Assembly: GCF_963921235.1 (NCBI RefSeq)
Contig: NC_086097.1
Coordinates: 199,270,001 to 199,334,000 of the forward strand
Length of the DNA: 64,000 nucleotides
From: Mobula hypostoma
Lineage: Eukaryota
Direction of reading: 5' to 3'
Notes under the pieces: generated by a model
What the model was told of the DNA's origin: nothing
Databases searched by the model: none
What the model saw: only the letters and a program-made list of their open reading frames with translations
In this document: positions 62,364 through 64,000 of the stretch, one piece after another
How positions within the stretch are numbered: position 1 is the first letter of the stretch
Layout of the letters: each line of letters starts with the position of its first letter
Translations under genes and position numbers: made by a program

Positions 62364-62533
62364 CCCCTATGCTTCAAACAATTTTTACCGGGGTAAAAAT
62401 TATAGGCATGAATACATTATTAGATACACACAAATATACATGGTCATCAGCTATTTGGCTAATACAGAGAACTTTAAGTTGTCAACACCTTGACAGACAG
62501 TCAACAATCACCTTTCCGTTCCTTTTATAGGTG

Positions 62534-63277
62534 TTATTTTAATAATCCTCTAAGACCAGGCTCCAACTTAGCCAACTTCCTAGTGGCCAAAAACACTAAT
62601 GGGTTGTGATCAGTGTAAATTCTCAATGGTTTCCGTCCCGGACAAAGATAATGAGGGTCGTCCCACACAAACTTCACATTCTTTTGCAGGAGCTTAGTAA
62701 GAGGGAGGGTAATATCCGCAAAGGTTTTGCAAAACTTCCGATAGTACCCCAACATCTCCAAGAACCTTCTTGGGGCTCTCTTGTCTGTCAGGGTGGGGAC
62801 TTCAGACATAGCCCGCACCTTAGCCTGCATCGGTGCCAGCTGCACCTGTCTTCCCACAAATCCCAGATAAGTGATCTTTCCGTGGCCGAACTCACCTTTT
62901 GCGAGGTTCACTGTCAGGCTAGCTTCAAACAGCTTTTTAAACAGCTCCTCCCACGTGTCACTCCAGACCACTAAGTCGCCAATATACGCTTCTGCGTTCT
63001 TCAGCCCTTTTGTCACTGAATTAATTATCCTATAGGGGTGTTGCTCACTAGGCTGACCTGTTGTGACAACAACACCATGTCCCGGCTCTTTGCATCGCCT
63101 CGGGACATCTGGACATACAAGTGCGTGCCGTTTAATTAGCTGTCTTAGCGGGTCGCTCTGTTCAGGGGTTAAGGGAGAGACCTTATCAGCAAAGCTGACC
63201 AAAACAATAGAGTTCTCCCATCTGGTCGGCACCATACTTACCTTTTCGAAATGGGTTTTCCCCTTATCAGGTGGCAC
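62534..63277 (-). pseudogene. Gypsy pol remnant (fused RT/RNase H fragments)
   Basis: QHPYR|..AYIGDLVVWSDTWEE|..LTVNLAKGEFG..RRFLEMLGYYRKF..FVWDD|..YTDHNPLVFL. Confidence 0.8.
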
Positions 63278-64000
63278 CCTAGCCTCATTAATTTTCGTGA
63301 TAACACCGACTAGGTCTGTTCACCTATCGTGGCAAGCTGTTAACATATCAAAAGCCTGTAACTGTGTTAGCTCACGTCTACAATAGTCAATAGCATCCTT
63401 CCTCCTGTGCGGCCAGTAAAGCTCTTTCATGATTCTATCGACTGTCTTCCTCCCCCCAAAATGTCCACCGAGGGGTATCTTGTGGACCAGGTTAAGAATC
63501 TCATCCCCATAAATTTTCGGCACCACCCCCGTTCCTCATCTGCGGCACGGTACTTGGTCTCCATTTCCTCCTTAGTACTCTCTCCTTCACATAATAGCCC
63601 ACTGGATCCCTTTTTAATTCTGCTTCAGAGAGAGCTGTCTCCATCAAAACCATCAGCTCGTCGTCTCGCTCCTGTGCCAGTACAAATTCCTTCCTTGCTA
63701 ATGATAAATCTAACTCAACTCCCTCACTTCCTCCTGTTTCACTACGTTCTCTCTTACTTTCTAACCCCTCCTGGTACAAGGCTGGTAAAAACGTCTCAGC
63801 TAGATCTATATTAGCTTCGGCAGCCTTTCTGGGCATGCGCCGAGTCACTACGCAAACAGGATAAACCTGTGAGTCCATGGGCGGGGCCTCAATGCTGGCA
63901 GGCTGGCTTGTCAGTTTTACTGCTGGGTACACCTCTCCGCCGGCGAGGTCATTACCGAGTAAGACTTCCACGTCTTCCATCGGTAGTTCGGGCCTCACCC

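Larger units (their letters stand above)
61535..64000 (-). mobile_element. Gypsy (Gmr1-like) LTR retrotransposon, internally deleted; runs off window end
   Basis: Minus-strand order: protease end (LLGNDLAG), integrase zinc finger (H..GGHFG.RKT..YWP..DYC), RT remnant (AYIGDLVV), RNase H remnant (YTDHNPL), LTR. Confidence 0.85.

Overview
This is eukaryotic, transposon-saturated DNA. The repeat repertoire (esterase-type CR1, Penelope with GIY-YIG, Rex1/Babar, L1, L2, V/Deu-like SINEs, Tc1) suggests a cartilaginous fish, probably a ray; that assignment is an inference. I found no intact host gene, rRNA, tRNA or CRISPR array. Nearly all ORFs in the track are decayed TE fragments or their antisense shadows. 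The window holds many CR1 and Rex1/Babar fragments, two partial Gypsy elements (one apparently Gmr1-like with in-frame internal deletions), three solo LTRs, Tc1/mariner, Tigger-like and hAT elements, and several nested insertions with readable TSDs. The most striking system is a Penelope-like family whose terminal repeat carries a minimal hammerhead ribozyme (CUGANGA...GAAA-C-GUC, palindromic helix III). It occurs in about a dozen or more copies: GIY-YIG-bearing insertions, palindromic two-ribozyme mini-elements with an asymmetric ~40-nt tail, and ~130-bp solo units starting right at the ribozyme. Two solo units sit at the same homologous position in different CR1 copies. Several repeat-free AT-rich islands may be conserved non-coding elements. 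Family names come from motif recognition, not database searches, and boundaries of old fragments are approximate.
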